Positions 50,632 through 63,850 of a DNA stretch of 64,000 bases are shown piece after piece. A program made the translations under genes and the position numbers. Origin of the DNA: Lingula anatina (Eukaryota; Animalia; Brachiopoda); contig CM120646.1 of assembly GCA_051362555.1 (NCBI GenBank), forward strand, positions 1,426,001 through 1,490,000. The letters run 5' to 3'. Below the pieces are notes generated by a model that searched no databases, was not told the DNA's origin, and saw nothing but the letters and a program-made list of their open reading frames with translations. Position 1 is the stretch's first letter. Each line of letters starts with the position of its first letter.

Positions 50632-51542
50632 AGCCTCGGTCACAACCGGACGCACAAATTTCAGGATCGTAGGTCCCCTGCGATTTTTGGGTGTTGCGGA
50701 GGCCATGAAGGTCGTAGAGGTAGAGGAAAGTCTGCCTTGCGAGTCGCAAGGCCCCATGAGATGTCCTTTCAGGCAGGGACGCTAATTGTAAGGAGCGATG
50801 GTCGTGGAAATTGTACTCTTATTTTGAGTTTGTCTTGCTTCCTGTGTACGTGGCACACACTCACCACTTACGAAGGGAATGCAACGCGAGGCGAAAGAAG
50901 TGCCCTTTTGCGTGAGTTTTGCTTCACATTTGCCTCACACGTTTGTGGTGACGTACTGACGGCGTTCGTCAGTTTTGCTTCCTGTTCTTCTCTTCTTTCT
51001 TCTTCCTCCTCTCTTTTTTCTACTATGTAATTTTCTTTCTCTTGCCTTTTGGAGGCATATTAGATACAAAATTGAGCAAGAAATTGAAATTTTTGAAAAT
51101 TGCTGTACACGTTACATAGTCGATGTTCATGTAAAGACACAAGCGTTCGTCGTGAGCACGCCTTTTATACACCAGGCGTGGGGTGACGCACGTGCGACGT
51201 ATTCCCGGTGTGCTCTCGACTTTGTTCGTTAGTTGTGAGGGCGTGCGCCTTACTCAACACGCAATGGGCACTTGCTCCTTCATTGTTTGGGACGTGCGTC
51301 TTGCACAACGTGCGTCTCTCTTGCTAACTCCGTGCGAGGGGAGCAAGTTACGCTTGCGGCCTGACTGTTCGCAGGCTATTCGTAGAAACTTTTGAACATG
51401 TCCAACATCCTCCGTACGTGCTTACGAGCTGTCTGCGAACTCGAAATTGCGTAAGAAGGCCTTGATTGGGACGTGGGATTCTGCGCAAATTTTGGACGCA
51501 AACAGCCCGTAAGAGCCCGTACGGCCAGTTGTGACCGAGACT
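50632..51542 (-). mobile_element. MITE-B second copy, inverted, with internal deletion
   Basis: Reverse complement of 39057-40211 lacking ~39350-39590; TIRs AGCCTCGGTCACAACCGG / CCAGTTGTGACCGAGACT. Confidence 0.85.
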
Positions 51543-51549
51543 TAGGCCT

Positions 51550-51894
51550 ATGCAGAGACGTCAAATTAGGTCATACGCCTTTGGAGATCCGGCTTACCCC
51601 GTTAAAAGTTATCTGTTGAGTCCCTTCAGAGGAGCAAATTTAAGTACCGAAGAAGAAGAATTCAACAGGAGAATGTCCTCTGTGCGGGAATGCGTCGAGT
51701 GGGAGTTCGGAAACTTATTGTGAAACTTTGCCTTTCTGGACTTTTGAAAGAATTAAAAAGTTCTGTTGTCTCCTGTAGCCAAGCAGTACTTGGTAGGTGG
51801 TCTTCTGGTCAACTGCCATACCTGTGTGTAGGGCAATCAGATGAGTCGGAACTTTAAACTAGATCCTCCCACCTTGGAGGACTATTTAGCATGA
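51550..51894 (+). pseudogene. DDE_Tnp_4 (Harbinger-type) transposase C-terminal relic
   Basis: FGDPAYPVKSYLLSPF..FNRRMSSVRECVEWEFG..FAFLDF..NCHTC..GNQ..PPTLEDYL with four internal stops. Confidence 0.85.
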
Positions 51895-52059
51895 ACTGTA
51901 CACGTGTACATTGTGCGTATGGGAAATTAAAGAGTAAAACGTAAAATTCATACCGCAAGCAAACATTTATTTAAATGTAATCTTGAATAAAAAACTAATG
52001 TTTTAACAAAGATTCAGCCCACGTGTATCTTGTAGGCAGCAAGAGCCTAGTATGTCAAT

Positions 52060-52261
52060 TCAGCTTTTCTTCTTAACCAAAGATTATGCGTAACCATCTC
52101 CATCATTTGTTTGTCTTTCTAAAATTGAGCTTCTCGCTCTTTCATTTCTAATTCAAAACGTTCTTTCTCGAAGGCCAACTTGTCTTTCAGGTAACTGACG
52201 TAATCTGCTGGTGAATCAGTACGGCGCTTCTTAGTTGCCTGCATGTTTTCGCATTTTTTAG
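52060..52261 (-). pseudogene. Last exon of putative Harbinger accessory (Myb/SANT-type ORF2) protein
   Basis: ttttttcag acceptor then KKRRTDSPADYVSYLKDKLAFEKERFELEMKEREAQF*KDKQMMEM (basic patch + coiled coil), convergent with the transposase inside the same TIRs. Confidence 0.5.
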
Positions 52262-52369
52262 CTGAAAAAAATAAGCGGGTCACCAATCAATGCAGCGTCA
52301 GTTTTTGTTACTGATATAATAAATATTAATCGATATTTGCTATTAGCAACAATTTCATGTAAAGAAAAA

Positions 52370-52660
52370 TGTGCCGTCTTTACTTTTATTTATAATTCAT
52401 TTATTCAAATACACACAACAGGACGCCATGTGACTTTCTAAACAAGGCTTCATAAAATTTGCATTAAAAGTCAAGGAGACGCCCTGTCAACTAAAGGAGA
52501 AAATCGAGCTACTAATGTGCTGTCCTTACTTTTATTTATAATTCATTTATTCAAATACACAAAACAGGACGCCATGTGACTTTCTAAACAAGGCTTCATA
52601 AAATTTGCAATAAAAGTCAAGGAGACGCCCTGTCAACTGAAGGAGAAAATCGAGCTACTA
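52370..52660 (+). repeat. 146-bp direct tandem duplication
   Basis: tacttttatttataattcatttattcaaatacac...aaggagaaaatcgagctacta twice, near identical. Confidence 0.95.
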
Positions 52661-53734
52661 GTAGTATCTTACTAAACGGCACTTACCTTACGGATATCCT
52701 GCTTGTTATGCGTCAAGTGCAGACGCCTAGTCTACAGACCACTTATAAAGGCATGTGTACTCGTAACAACTGCTCACAAAATGATGACCTAACAGTCTTA
52801 TAATACAATCAGTCACGCTTGCGGAAGGCCACTTCTGACTGCCTTGTGGTCAGTGGAAAATGCCTTTTTTGCGGGTATAACCTATATTTCAATAGTAACA
52901 AAAACATAGACACAAATAACAGAGACAACATGTTTGACATATATTGCAAAAATAAAATGTCCAATATGATTTTAGCAGAGAAACGATCAACTTTGAAAGG
53001 CTTGATTTCATAAAATTATGCTGATTTGTCAAACCGTTTTTCATTGACGGGTAGCAATCTAGCTGCGGATAATGTTCTCTCTAACCGTATGTGTACACGT
53101 CACTAGACAGCAAAATATTATGACCTAAACGTAGTCGTTCGCCTAAACGTACTGGTGCGAAAGCTCTCTAACAACCCTCTTACAGCTATTAGTAGGCAAG
53201 ACAGACGCTTAAGCCGGCTGAGCTGACAGTAATCTAGTGAGACTCCCCACAGGGATAGATCGATCAAAAATCTATGGGAATGGGGTCTAACAAATTGATA
53301 TCGTTATCAGCATACTGAACCTCCCTCGTGATAAATGAGTGTCAGATACCCTTCGCAAATAAACCTCTGGTCGGGTCGGCCGTATGCAAGTACATTTATA
53401 GGAAATAAACAATTAAAATCCCACTCTCTTTTTATTTTAATTTTCAAGCACATTGTTTGTAATGTGTGCTCAGAAGCATCCTTACTTATGTGAACTGAGC
53501 ACTTGATAATCACGATATCTGTGCTCAACTGTCAGACCCGCCTCTGTCTATAATATATTGAACTCTTATCAGTTTGATTGTGCAATGTAAATGTTTCCAC
53601 CCCCTCATAAGTCAACTCAACTGATCTCGCATACAATTTAAAATATGGCGCTCAATTTAAAGAATGACCCTTTAAGTCATACCATCCGAGTTAGAAACTG
53701 TCCCATAATCATCTTTTACGTCTGTATACATATA

Positions 53735-53905
53735 CCGGTGTAACGTGACAGAAAGTCCCCCCCTACCCCCATAACAGAGAGTCCGCTTCCCTTTCATTTG
53801 TACAGGTGAACCTCACCCTAGATTTTGACTCACGTAGGTCAAACTAACCCTAACCGTTATAACTACATGTATATGGAGGGCGGGCCCTCAGTTTCGTTAC
53901 ACCGG
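53735..53905. mobile_element. Short MITE
   Basis: TIRs CCGGTGTAACG.. / ..CGTTACACCGG. Confidence 0.55.
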
Positions 53906-54397
53906 CATCCTACAAAACTACTTCAAAATTTTTTTTAATTTGCATCTTAAAACACCTCCAATGAAAGGCGATGTCGATAATCCCTTCTGACAGGTACTTA
54001 CCTCAAGAATGTCAGAATACACTGTTAACACAACAGCAGTTTATGTTAAAAGAGCGACATTGCAGTATGATATAATGTTATTTAAAAATTACCTTACATG
54101 CACGACAAACGAAATAACTACAAAGACCGTCGTCGATCATGGTGGTTTAGGGGTTGATAGGCACGTCGTAGGTGGTAAATTCCAAGGTGCATGACGATAC
54201 TGCCCCGTCCCCCTGTGTTACATATATGCTGCAGAACATGTTTTGACTTAATCAAATATTTGGAAAATCAGATAGCCTATAATGAGCAGCCGATAGAGCG
54301 CAATGAGGTGTGTACTTTGTTTTAGTTTTATCAGTTAATAGACAGGCCCTGGCCACTTCCTCCACTGAGGCCATCATTTATAAATACATACACGTAA

Positions 54398-54622
54398 ACA
54401 CTCTGTACAATAAAGGTGTCACCCCTACTGAACAAATACTTTGGGAGAGATAAGTGACTATGGAATGATATGCTCCTGGCATCATTTTATTAACATCAAA
54501 TTTCACAAAAAGACCAACAATAAGATTCCATGGTACAGCGGTTTTATACTCATAGTCACATTATAAGTATAACTTTGATTTTTCTGATTCAGAGGGTGAC
54601 ACTTCTATTGTCCAGTTTGTGT
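54398..54622. mobile_element. Old Tc1-like MITE
   Basis: Imperfect IR ACAATAAAGGTGTCACCC / GGGTGACACTTCTATTGT. Confidence 0.4.
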
Positions 54623-55775
54623 ATCTACCCTAGTAGAAGGTTAATGTGAATTGGTTTTGATAACATGCACTCCACACCGCACCATTTTGTCAGAACACGA
54701 AATTGAAAATCAGTTGTGTCCACGGTGAAACAGCTGAAGTTATTTTAAAGTGCTGGTTTAACAGAACTTACCTTTAAGTATCTGTACATGAAAATGAATG
54801 ACCATCACAAAGAGAATACCACATACAATTATCATTTAGTAATAAGACATTATACTCCCATTCCCAAAACTTTAAATTGCACATGTGCTGTTTCTGCTTC
54901 TTTTTAAAATATTATTTAAAAAAAAATAATTTTGCATGTAAGACAATCGCCAAAATGAAAGACTGGTGGGTGGGGTGGGTGGGAGTGTAAGGAAGATGAG
55001 TTAATACGGCTGAAGACATCCGAGATTTGGCCTTGTTTTGTAGTTAAATACGCAGTTTTTCTTTATACTGTTAATGTTGCAGTTCTCATCCCGTCTTTTT
55101 AAGATGTTGCGGAGGAAATCAGATCAGTTATTGCGGTAGAGGAGAACAGCGAAAACAATGGCGGAGATCACGCCAGTTTTTTTTACTTGAGGCGTTAAAA
55201 ATACTATTTTACATGTAGTTATAACCTCACAAGTTCGATGAATAAAAAGGTTTTTAGTTTTACTTTATTCATTTACTTTTTGTGAATTTTTCTGTGAATT
55301 TACCTGATAAAGGCGGTCATGGATAGAGGTTAAGTATACTCTCAATTCGTTAACATACTGTATGTAAACTGATTTTAATTACATTTTTCCTAGTGGATAA
55401 AACCTTCGTCCCCTGAGAATAGATACGCCAGAACCGTAACAAATATTACCTTTATCGCTATGATATGTGCTAGACAGACTACGATATGATATGATATAAT
55501 ATAATATATAGTCAGGTTATGATACGCACTATTCAGCCTCAATTTCCAGTACACCATACACGTCAAATAGTGAATTAATTAAATAATTAAAATAAATGAA
55601 AATTAAATAAAATTAATAAAATAAAGATAAAAACAAATAATGGGAATTTTCTTTGATATGTTTTATTCCACAATGTATACAATTGCATAATGACTAAATT
55701 AAGTCTCTTGAGAATTGTTCACCCAAAAACTTCAGATCATATCTTCCTCAGGCTGGTATCAATTTGTATAGCTTA

Positions 55776-55778
<3 letters not shown>

Positions 55779-55834
<56 letters not shown>

Positions 55835-55857
55835 CGTGTGTGTGTGTGTGCGTGTGC

Positions 55858-55888
<31 letters not shown>

Positions 55889-55892
55889 TGCG
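55779..55892. repeat. Compound microsatellite (TC)n(TG)n(CG)n(TG)n
   Basis: Seen directly; other simple repeats: (TA)n 35174-35245 and 37762-37825, poly-T 20221-20264 and 41277-41326, (CAATA)n 14714-14760 and 43893-43936. Confidence 0.95.
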
Positions 55893-57439
55893 CCTTATCC
55901 GTCATCATGAGAACTGAAAACACAGTTCTCCACCCTGCTCTGTCTCTAGCAGCTGTCAGAAACTCAACCTCACCCAAATCCACGCACTTGCTCAAAACAT
56001 TATTGTGTCGCGAAGTATATACGTATACTGACTTAATTGTTTTTGTTTTTTTAATTTTGATGTTTATTATTTTGTAAGTCAAACATAATAATCTTTCCTT
56101 TTATTGCTACTTTGTATATCGACCTTTAGGCCATTTTACCAGGGAATACCAGTGTTTATCAGACGCATTGAAAGAAGTTTAATTTGATGTTGTTAACTCA
56201 CACATAATATTGTCTTCTCTACTTTTTCTTAAGCCCCACTTTAAATATACCAAATCACATAAGTGTGTCCTGCTGTAAATCGTGCAGATTTTAATATTAC
56301 TTCTTTTGCGTGCAAAACTCTATTTAAAGGTGAAACACCAAGATGCTTTGTTTTTGTGATAGTTTTTATGTAATGAATGTATGGAAAAAAACCCTGTGAA
56401 TACGCAATCTTGATCATGTTTTATTCAGAAAGTCATTTTGGAAACAAAGAGACATGGTAAATGGCAGACGACATTGGTATATTCGTGTCTCTCTGGAGGC
56501 TGAATTGCATTAACGGCTCTCTCAATCACTATTTACTCCACTGGCGCGCTATTTTCCAGGAGATTAGATTTAAATCTGTGACTCAATATCTAGTAATTTT
56601 AATTTTCCTAAACGTTATTTAAATCTTTAAAATAATTTTACATGAATGATCTTCCTCCTGGTCAGTGTACCTTTAAGAAAACTCATTTGTCGAATTAATA
56701 TAATTTGTGTGAATGCTTCACATGGGGAAGAACTTATTATCTTATTCATATGGTGAATGTTACATTTTTATAACAGATGAAGTTAAAATGCTGTTAAAAT
56801 GGCAAATTATCCTAAACAATGGAAAGCAAGCCAGTATAATTTTACAAAAAAAAGCCCACTGACCTTTTCGTCTTAAGTGAAGCGTGGGTAGACTATAAAT
56901 TTCGTGAGGTAAAATGAATGAATGAATAAAAGACTTAACCACAATTTATATAGTTGCACAATAATGCTTCATTATTATCACGCTTATCAAAATTAGTACA
57001 TCTTTCCCAGATTTTTTTCAATTTTAAGCCAGATTTTCTCTTCGTGTATGGATCAAAGAGCAGCCCCATTCAGCTAAAGAAAGGGAAACCGCTGTTCTCA
57101 TTGTCTCTGCGTCTTCTCTGCGCAACATGAAGAGTGCTTTAATCTTTTTGCACGCTTGCCAACACAATCAGATTTGACCTTCGAGCAATTTTTTTATTTG
57201 TTTTTGTACACACCGCAGAGCCAAACAACAACTACCCCCAGCATTCATTCTAGCAGTATGATGAATACAAAACCAACACCAACGCTGGGAACAGTGTAGT
57301 TCCATGGTGACGTTCTCGTCACCATTTTTCTCTTGTCACAAGGCAGTTGTTTCTTTGGAGCCACGTCTCCTAAGGACAATCAATATTGATGATTAAAATA
57401 ATATATATTTTAAAAGATTCATTGCGTAACCTTACCATC

Positions 57440-58200
57440 AAGGTTTAATGCATTGTCTTCATACAGGTTGATGGATGATCTTTCTAAAGTAGGAGACAGT
57501 GACAGCCCGACAGACTGGCTTGGTACTGCCGTGGTAAGGCACTGGTTTCACGTGACAATTAATGACTACAGGCAGCTTGCCACGTATTTTTTTCACACCT
57601 CCACAGTGAGATGTTTTACGGGTGAAACACTGGTCTGTCCGTTCAGTTATCTCGGTACACCTACCTGTAAGCCATTAGACTTATTTATTGGTAGAATCTA
57701 AGTCAAAAGCCAATGCCAGCAAGAGGTCGGTGCAGCCATTTGAAAACTTTCTCAATAAAGAAGATAGTTCTGTTGTAAATCGAGCACTTGTGCCACGCAA
57801 ATTCTCATTCTCCGTTTTTTATGTATTAAGCAAACAAAATAATCAAGACTGCTTATGGTTTAGTTTTAGTCAAGTTACTTGTTTTAATACAGTCCACGCG
57901 TTGGGGTGTTTTATGTCCATGAGCAAAGCACTTATTAACTCTAACTCCTTGAACTGTCCGTGGTAATGTGGAGAAGGTGGCCTTAGGTATTACTTTCACC
58001 AACTGCTCAATTTGGTATTCTGGTGTTTTGCGGCAAATAATTTATGCCTACAGGTGAACATTGAGTGAGACAGAACATTACCGATCTTCTCACGCAAACT
58101 TACCCATCCTATTAGCTTCAACATCATGTAATCGGTGTGGAAAGAGATACGTTCGTTTATAAAAGATGTGGGTGGAGCTATAGGTGTAGGGCTGAAGGGT
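57440..58200 (+). mobile_element. Highly decayed L1/Tx1-like LINE RT fragment
   Basis: Ordered relics MDDL ... CPFSYLGTP ... P...GEGGL, matching RT YxDD, FxYLG and downstream GGL motifs; many stops. Confidence 0.45.
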
Positions 58201-59142
58201 TTTCAAACCAACACAGGGCGACAAAGGTTTGAATTCGATTGAATCTTTCGAGCATACTTGTGAGCCAGTGCCTTCCCTCTGTCAGCCCATCCACCAATCC
58301 CCCCACCCACCCACCCACCCACCCGATTCCTGACTGGGCCTTTCAGTAGATAGTCTTACAAAGATCTTTGCCAAGACGGAGCTGGTCGCGACCCTTTTCA
58401 GCAATAGGTCTGGGACAGAGAAACTTGTGACGTGTCACAACGTCAAAACACAGTGATGTAAAGAGACATATAGTAGGTGTTACTGGATAAAACACGCAAT
58501 TTTTTTTTTTTTTTTGCACTGCTTGGAACGTTCTTAAAGGTAAAAGCAGCGATTTCATGGCACGTATACGTCAAATACGTCAAGTCAGCTGATCTCTTGG
58601 ATATTAGCATCATTACTCTTTTTGGCACAAACTGCAAAATTACCCATGGACCATCTTCATCAGTCGCTGAGTAACACAGGTGGCGTTGTTTCACATAGCT
58701 GGGAGTATTTGGCGCTGCCAACCCTCCTTCAGTGAAGCAGCTGGTCCATCTTAAAATCTCATGTAGTTTTAAACTTTGTGAAATTCACTTTTTTGAATTC
58801 ATTTTTGTTAAAAATGTTCATATTCTGTTTGATCGAAATGTAATGCTAGTTCAAGTTTTTTTTTTTTTTTTTTTTTTTGTGAGCCTGCATGGGTGATTAC
58901 GGTTTTCAATTATTTCTAAACACTAATGATGAAAATACAATGTCATTTTGTCAAATCTACTTTGTGACGCAAAAGTCGCCTGAATTTTTTACCTGTCCTT
59001 TAATCAGATATTCGCACGAGTGCGTGCGTGCAACGTCTCGGCGTGAACAATGATATATAAGTATTAGTAGACCGTTTCACCTTGTTGAACACATGATAAT
59101 GTATACCACGTAGCATGTAGATGCGAGAAGATCGTAGTTCTA

Positions 59143-59178
59143 CACATAAAGTCACACCACCTGCCTCTTGAGTCATTC
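59143..59178 (+). promoter_or_regulatory. Putative core promoter of the Asn/Gly-repeat gene
   Basis: CATAAA at 59145 and Inr-like TCATTC at 59173, ~20 nt before the ATG. Confidence 0.35.
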
Positions 59179-59194
59179 TTTCGGAGAGTAGTTA

Positions 59195-61817
59195 ATGATG
59201 CATGGGAAACTCTTAGCTCTGATTGCCTTCGTTGGATTTGCTGCCTTCACCAAGGTAATTGGTTGGTGTTTATCCAAATTTTACCATATTCTTTTATACC
59301 ATATCCAGTGTCTCTTGTGAGTCAAACGAATCTTTTTTTTTTTTTATTTTAAACGTTATCGTATAGGTAGTGCACATATTTTTGCAATTACTATTCATTG
59401 TAAAATGAACAAATCAACATATGGTATGAGATACCCTGAACACCTTAAACGACTTTTATCTTCATTATTAACGACTGACATACAGAATTATACAAATAGG
59501 TACTTATATCCCTATATTATCTCATGATAGCAGACTTAGACAATCTAAGGTAAGAACAGGCCTTAGCAGAACAGGTTATTGTTATGAAACCAGGTGATCT
59601 CGTTGATTGTTTTGCCAACGTGTGCCTTTATCCAGAAAATAAAGGTACAGTTTTATTGTAATGTAGAAAAATGAAAAGTTTAATCTTATGACAAGATCAA
59701 CAGACTACACAGATAAGTAAATTACCACCAGTATACACAGTATGCTTCAGATTTCAAACAGATCTCTGGCCCTTAAGAAACAGGTTTATCGGGCAGTTTA
59801 TTATATAAATCAACGCATTTTCATTTTCCCTTGAATCTAGGGCGTGGTGCCCATAGCGGGACAAGGCAGCCCACCTATGGTTTCAAACAACCTCCGAGTC
59901 CCCGTTAACCTTCTCAACTACCTTTTCGGTTTGACTAGTCGCAACAACAACAACGGCAATGGGCAGAGTGGAAGCAGCGGGAATAGTCAAAGCCGTGCCA
60001 GGAGCGTGACTGGCAATACCGCTGTAAGCACAGGGTCGGCAGGAGGAAGCGGCGGCACCGGGCAAAGCGCAGCCATAAGTCGATCTGGCGGAGGTTTCAC
60101 ACAAGGCAGTGCGTCTGGGGGTGCTCAATCTGGCAGCAGGCGACAAAACAACGGGAACGGCGATAATTTCCGTGACAACGGTAACGGGAATGGTTTCCGT
60201 GACAACGGAAATGGCAATGGTTTCCGTGACAACGGAAACGGGAATGGTAATAGTTTTGATAACGGCAACGGGCCGGTACGAGTAAGTGGTGCAAGTAGTC
60301 AAAGTAGAGCAAGTGGAGGGACAACTCGTGTTTCTAGCCCCACTCAGAGCCGGGGTGGTACCAGTGGGAGTAGTTTCCGTGATAACGGTAATGGCAATGG
60401 TTTCCGTGACAACGGCAATGGGAATGGCTTCCGTGACAACGGCAATGGTAATGGCCACGACAATGGTTTTGATAACGGAAACGGGCCTCTACCAGTAGCT
60501 GGCGCAAGCCAAAGTAGAACAAGTGGAGGGACAACTCGTGTTTCTAGTCCCACTCAGAGCCGGGGTGGTACCAGTGGGAGTGGTTTCCGTGACAACGGCA
60601 ATGGCAATGGCTTCCGTGACAACGGCAATGACAATGGCTTCCATGACAACGGAAATGGGAATGGCAACGACAATGGTTTTGATAACGGCAACGGACCTGT
60701 ACGAGTAGGTGTTGCAAGCCAAAGCAGAACAAGTGGAGGGACAACTCGTGTATCCAGCTCCACTCAAAGCCGGGGTGGTACCAGTAGGAGTGGTTTCCGT
60801 GACAACGGCAATGACAATGGCTTTCATGACAACGGAAATGGGAATGGCAACGACAATGGTTTTGATAACGGCAACGGACCTGTACGAGTAAGTGGGACAA
60901 GCCAAAGCAGAACAATTGGAGGGACAACTCGTGTATCCAGCTCCACTCAAAGCCGGGGTGGTACCAGTGGGAGTGGGTTTCGTGACAACGACAATGGAAA
61001 CCATGACAACGGAAATGGAAACCATGACAATGGTAATGGTTTCTTCCACTTCGATAACGACAATGGTAGTTCAGTTTTTTACGAGGCATTCTTGAACTTC
61101 TGTCTCTGTAGCTATGTGCGCCAGTTGTATCCCTGCTCCAACCGACTGCAGTTCCCAGTATTATGTGAGGTAAGCATGACATGGAAAACTACATATATCT
61201 TTGTTTCTTTCTGCGTTGGTGATAAATCAGATTTGTGGAAAACAAAATATGCATAACCCAAGATATCAATTAGAGTAAGCCCCGCCCCCCACCACCACCA
61301 CCTCCAACTGGGGAGACATGTAGCAAGTTATTTTTATATGATGAATATTAAATGATATTATCAAAAAAAAGGAGAAATACATATAGATAAATAAAAAATA
61401 TAAATAATAAATATGTAATATTTATTATGTATTACATATTTATTATGTATTACATGATGCTTTAAGAAATGTTAACACACATATTAATGACAATGAAATA
61501 AATATATATAAATATTTTTTCAAAGATACTTCATATCGATTCCATTCAATTGTAAACATTAAAAAAATGACTCATTTCTTAAATTGTCATGAATATCTGT
61601 GATTATCAAGTAAATTCCTTTGGTGCATAAACGAGGTCACCATAGGTCCTTGATCTGTTACATGAAATATAAAAGGAGCTGGTTAACTTGTGATAAAATC
61701 TTTATTTTTCAGGGTACCGTTGACTGCCCGCCAAGAGGCTACAAATGTGTCGGTCTGCCTTCTATGCTGACTGCCAGAGCGGCCGCAGCCTCGGGTAACG
61801 CGCAGGCTAGGCCCTGA
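59195..61817 (+). CDS. Secreted Asn/Gly/Ser-rich repeat protein with C-terminal 6-Cys domain; exons 59195-59254, 59841-61169, 61713-61817 (~497 aa); candidate biomineral/extracellular matrix protein
   Basis: Exon 1 MMHGKLLALIAFVGFAAFTK (signal peptide) |gtaatt; two phase-0 GT-AG introns; repeats GFRDNGNGN alternating with ASQSRTSGGTTRVSSPTQSRGGTSG; tail CLC..C..C|..C..C. Confidence 0.85.
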
Positions 61818-63164
61818 GTGAGCCAACGTCGACCCAGTGTCGTCCAATGTAGATCCATTGTCAGTGTCTCCCACTATTTGGCAATTCGTAATGAAATCTT
61901 GTTATCAGAGAAAGGTATCTTAGGTGAACATAACTTTATAAAGGGGCAAAAATATGATATCATCAAAAATACCATGAAATTCCACGTAATATTACGCCAA
62001 TTCGCGATATTTAAGTTAAAAGCGGGCGATCCCTCTTAAACCTTGCTTTTAAGATTAAAGACGAATCTCTTTTAAATGCAGCTTTTGTACATCATATAGC
62101 CTTAACTGTATCAGAGAAATGGTTTTCCGGAAAATAGTGAAATAAATTATAATACATGTATGTAGGCCATGCTATAATGAAATATCTTATTTAAGTATTT
62201 TAGTCCCCTAGCCCAAGATGTGTTGATGAGGTACCTTTTCACATAGCAAAGCAAAAGAAGTGGACTTGGAAATTTGAACTTTATGTTGACATTGTTCTTA
62301 ATCGCATCAAATAACCTATATTTATCTAATTGTCTGGAATTATAAAATAATATTTGGTGATATATATCTCATTTAGACGTAAATCATCTGTTAGCTTTTG
62401 CAAGTCAAATAAATGCATTGGATGTTAGTCCGTTCCTGTATTCCTTTTTATAGACACTCGTGCTAAAATGATGGCAATATGAGATATAGACTAATATACT
62501 TCAAATAATTACTTTCAAAACTTTCAGTAATAATTGTCACAAAAGCGTTTATAAACATGTCGTAATATAAACCACTTTAGAGTAACGAAAGTGGAATAGT
62601 GATAAATAGTAGGTTAGAGTTTTGTATCCTGTATATAACAAATAGGGGCAGAATGTCAGGGTTCGTGCGCACTCACGGCACAATCATATGCTTTGCTGTT
62701 TCAACGCAATTTTTTCGCCATATTTGAGAGTACTAGTTGCAATGCCTCGTCTTAAATAGATAATGAGAATAGTTTCCTACTTTCTAACATATTTTGTCAT
62801 TTCACTGAAATAAAGCACTGGGTGTTTGCTTAAAGAATAGTCGGTACATGTATCATGTCGCATGTGAAAGTGTCATATATTGTGTTAGAGAAGAGATGAC
62901 ACTAGTGCGGTAGTTGTGACAGTGAGACAGATAATACATCGTTCTTATCGCAATTATACTGAAACAAAATATAAACGCACGAAGATAACAGTGATTTATC
63001 ATTATGAAATTATCTACAATTTTGAACAATAATAGCAGTGTATTATCTTAAACAACTAAGCATTAATTTGTGGGCATAACAGTCAATTAAAAATCAATAA
63101 CCAACGTGTAATTGCATCAAGAGCACGTAGGTGGGTCTTATTGCGACTTCACAGAGGTTAGTGG

Positions 63165-63850
63165 CGAGTGTGCTCGCCATTGGTCTTACGTTAAGTGGTA
63201 CACAGATGGCACACGGACGTATTTGAGCATGTGGTTAATCATGTGCTGGGGTATGCTGTGCCCTTCATTCTGGAGTACCATACGAAGTTGGTAGATGATA
63301 ATAATAATAATAATAATAATAGATTTCTTAAAACCGCGCTACACGTGCGTCTCAGCTCTGTTTACATTTACATACTGTATAAAAACTAAAACAGCTGTGA
63401 TAAATCATGGATAAAATTCGTTCTCATGTCCAAGGATAAATTAAAATCTAACATTAAAGTACATGTAATAGATGTTTCCTTAAACTTGACTTTTTGCCTG
63501 ATACGGTGATCCAGAACATCCCAAATGGGTTCAATTGGTCAAAGTCGGGCCAATACTGAACCAAATTGAGCAAGTTTTGATCGATGTCTGGTATGTTATT
63601 CCAGATTAAACTAAAAAAAAATCCTATTCCGTGTGATGTCTTGCTGCTTGAGAGCCGTGGTAGCAGCCAGATGAGCTCAGATGCACAGAACTTTACCAGT
63701 CAGTCCATCGTAAGACAATATACCTTGAAGCTGGGCCGATTCTTCTTATCACCCCATCAATTCCCACTCTCCACAAGCACCGGCCGCCATTAAATTAAAA
63801 ACGACACGGCACGCGACTTACTTCGGAATGAACGTAGATCAGATTTGATG
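63165..63850 (-). mobile_element. Decayed Tc1 transposase fragment
   Basis: Minus-strand relics PDF.PIEPIWDVLD (63510-63552) and IPQHMINHML..GEHTRH* (63165-63260), typical Tc1 C-terminus. Confidence 0.6.

Larger units (their letters stand above)
50467..53169. mobile_element. Decayed PIF/Harbinger-superfamily transposon
   Basis: ~45-bp TIRs AGAGAGCTTTCGCACC.G.ACGTTTAGGCGA.CGACTAC.TTTAG, 3-bp TSD AAC; contains a transposase relic and a convergent coiled-coil ORF2 relic. Confidence 0.85.

Noticed and set aside
54699-54708. Isolated ISRE core GAAATTGAAA
   Set aside because: Several such matches are expected by chance in 64 kb of AT-rich DNA; no linked TSS.
55690-56082. ORFs across the compound microsatellite and poly-T tracts (also 19964-20526, 41146-41455)
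   Set aside because: Low-complexity translations of simple repeats.
59883-61182. Many overlapping ORFs in other frames (His/Cys-rich, Val/Thr-rich)
   Set aside because: By-products of the stop-poor Asn/Gly repeat; only the 59841 frame joins the signal-peptide and terminal exons.
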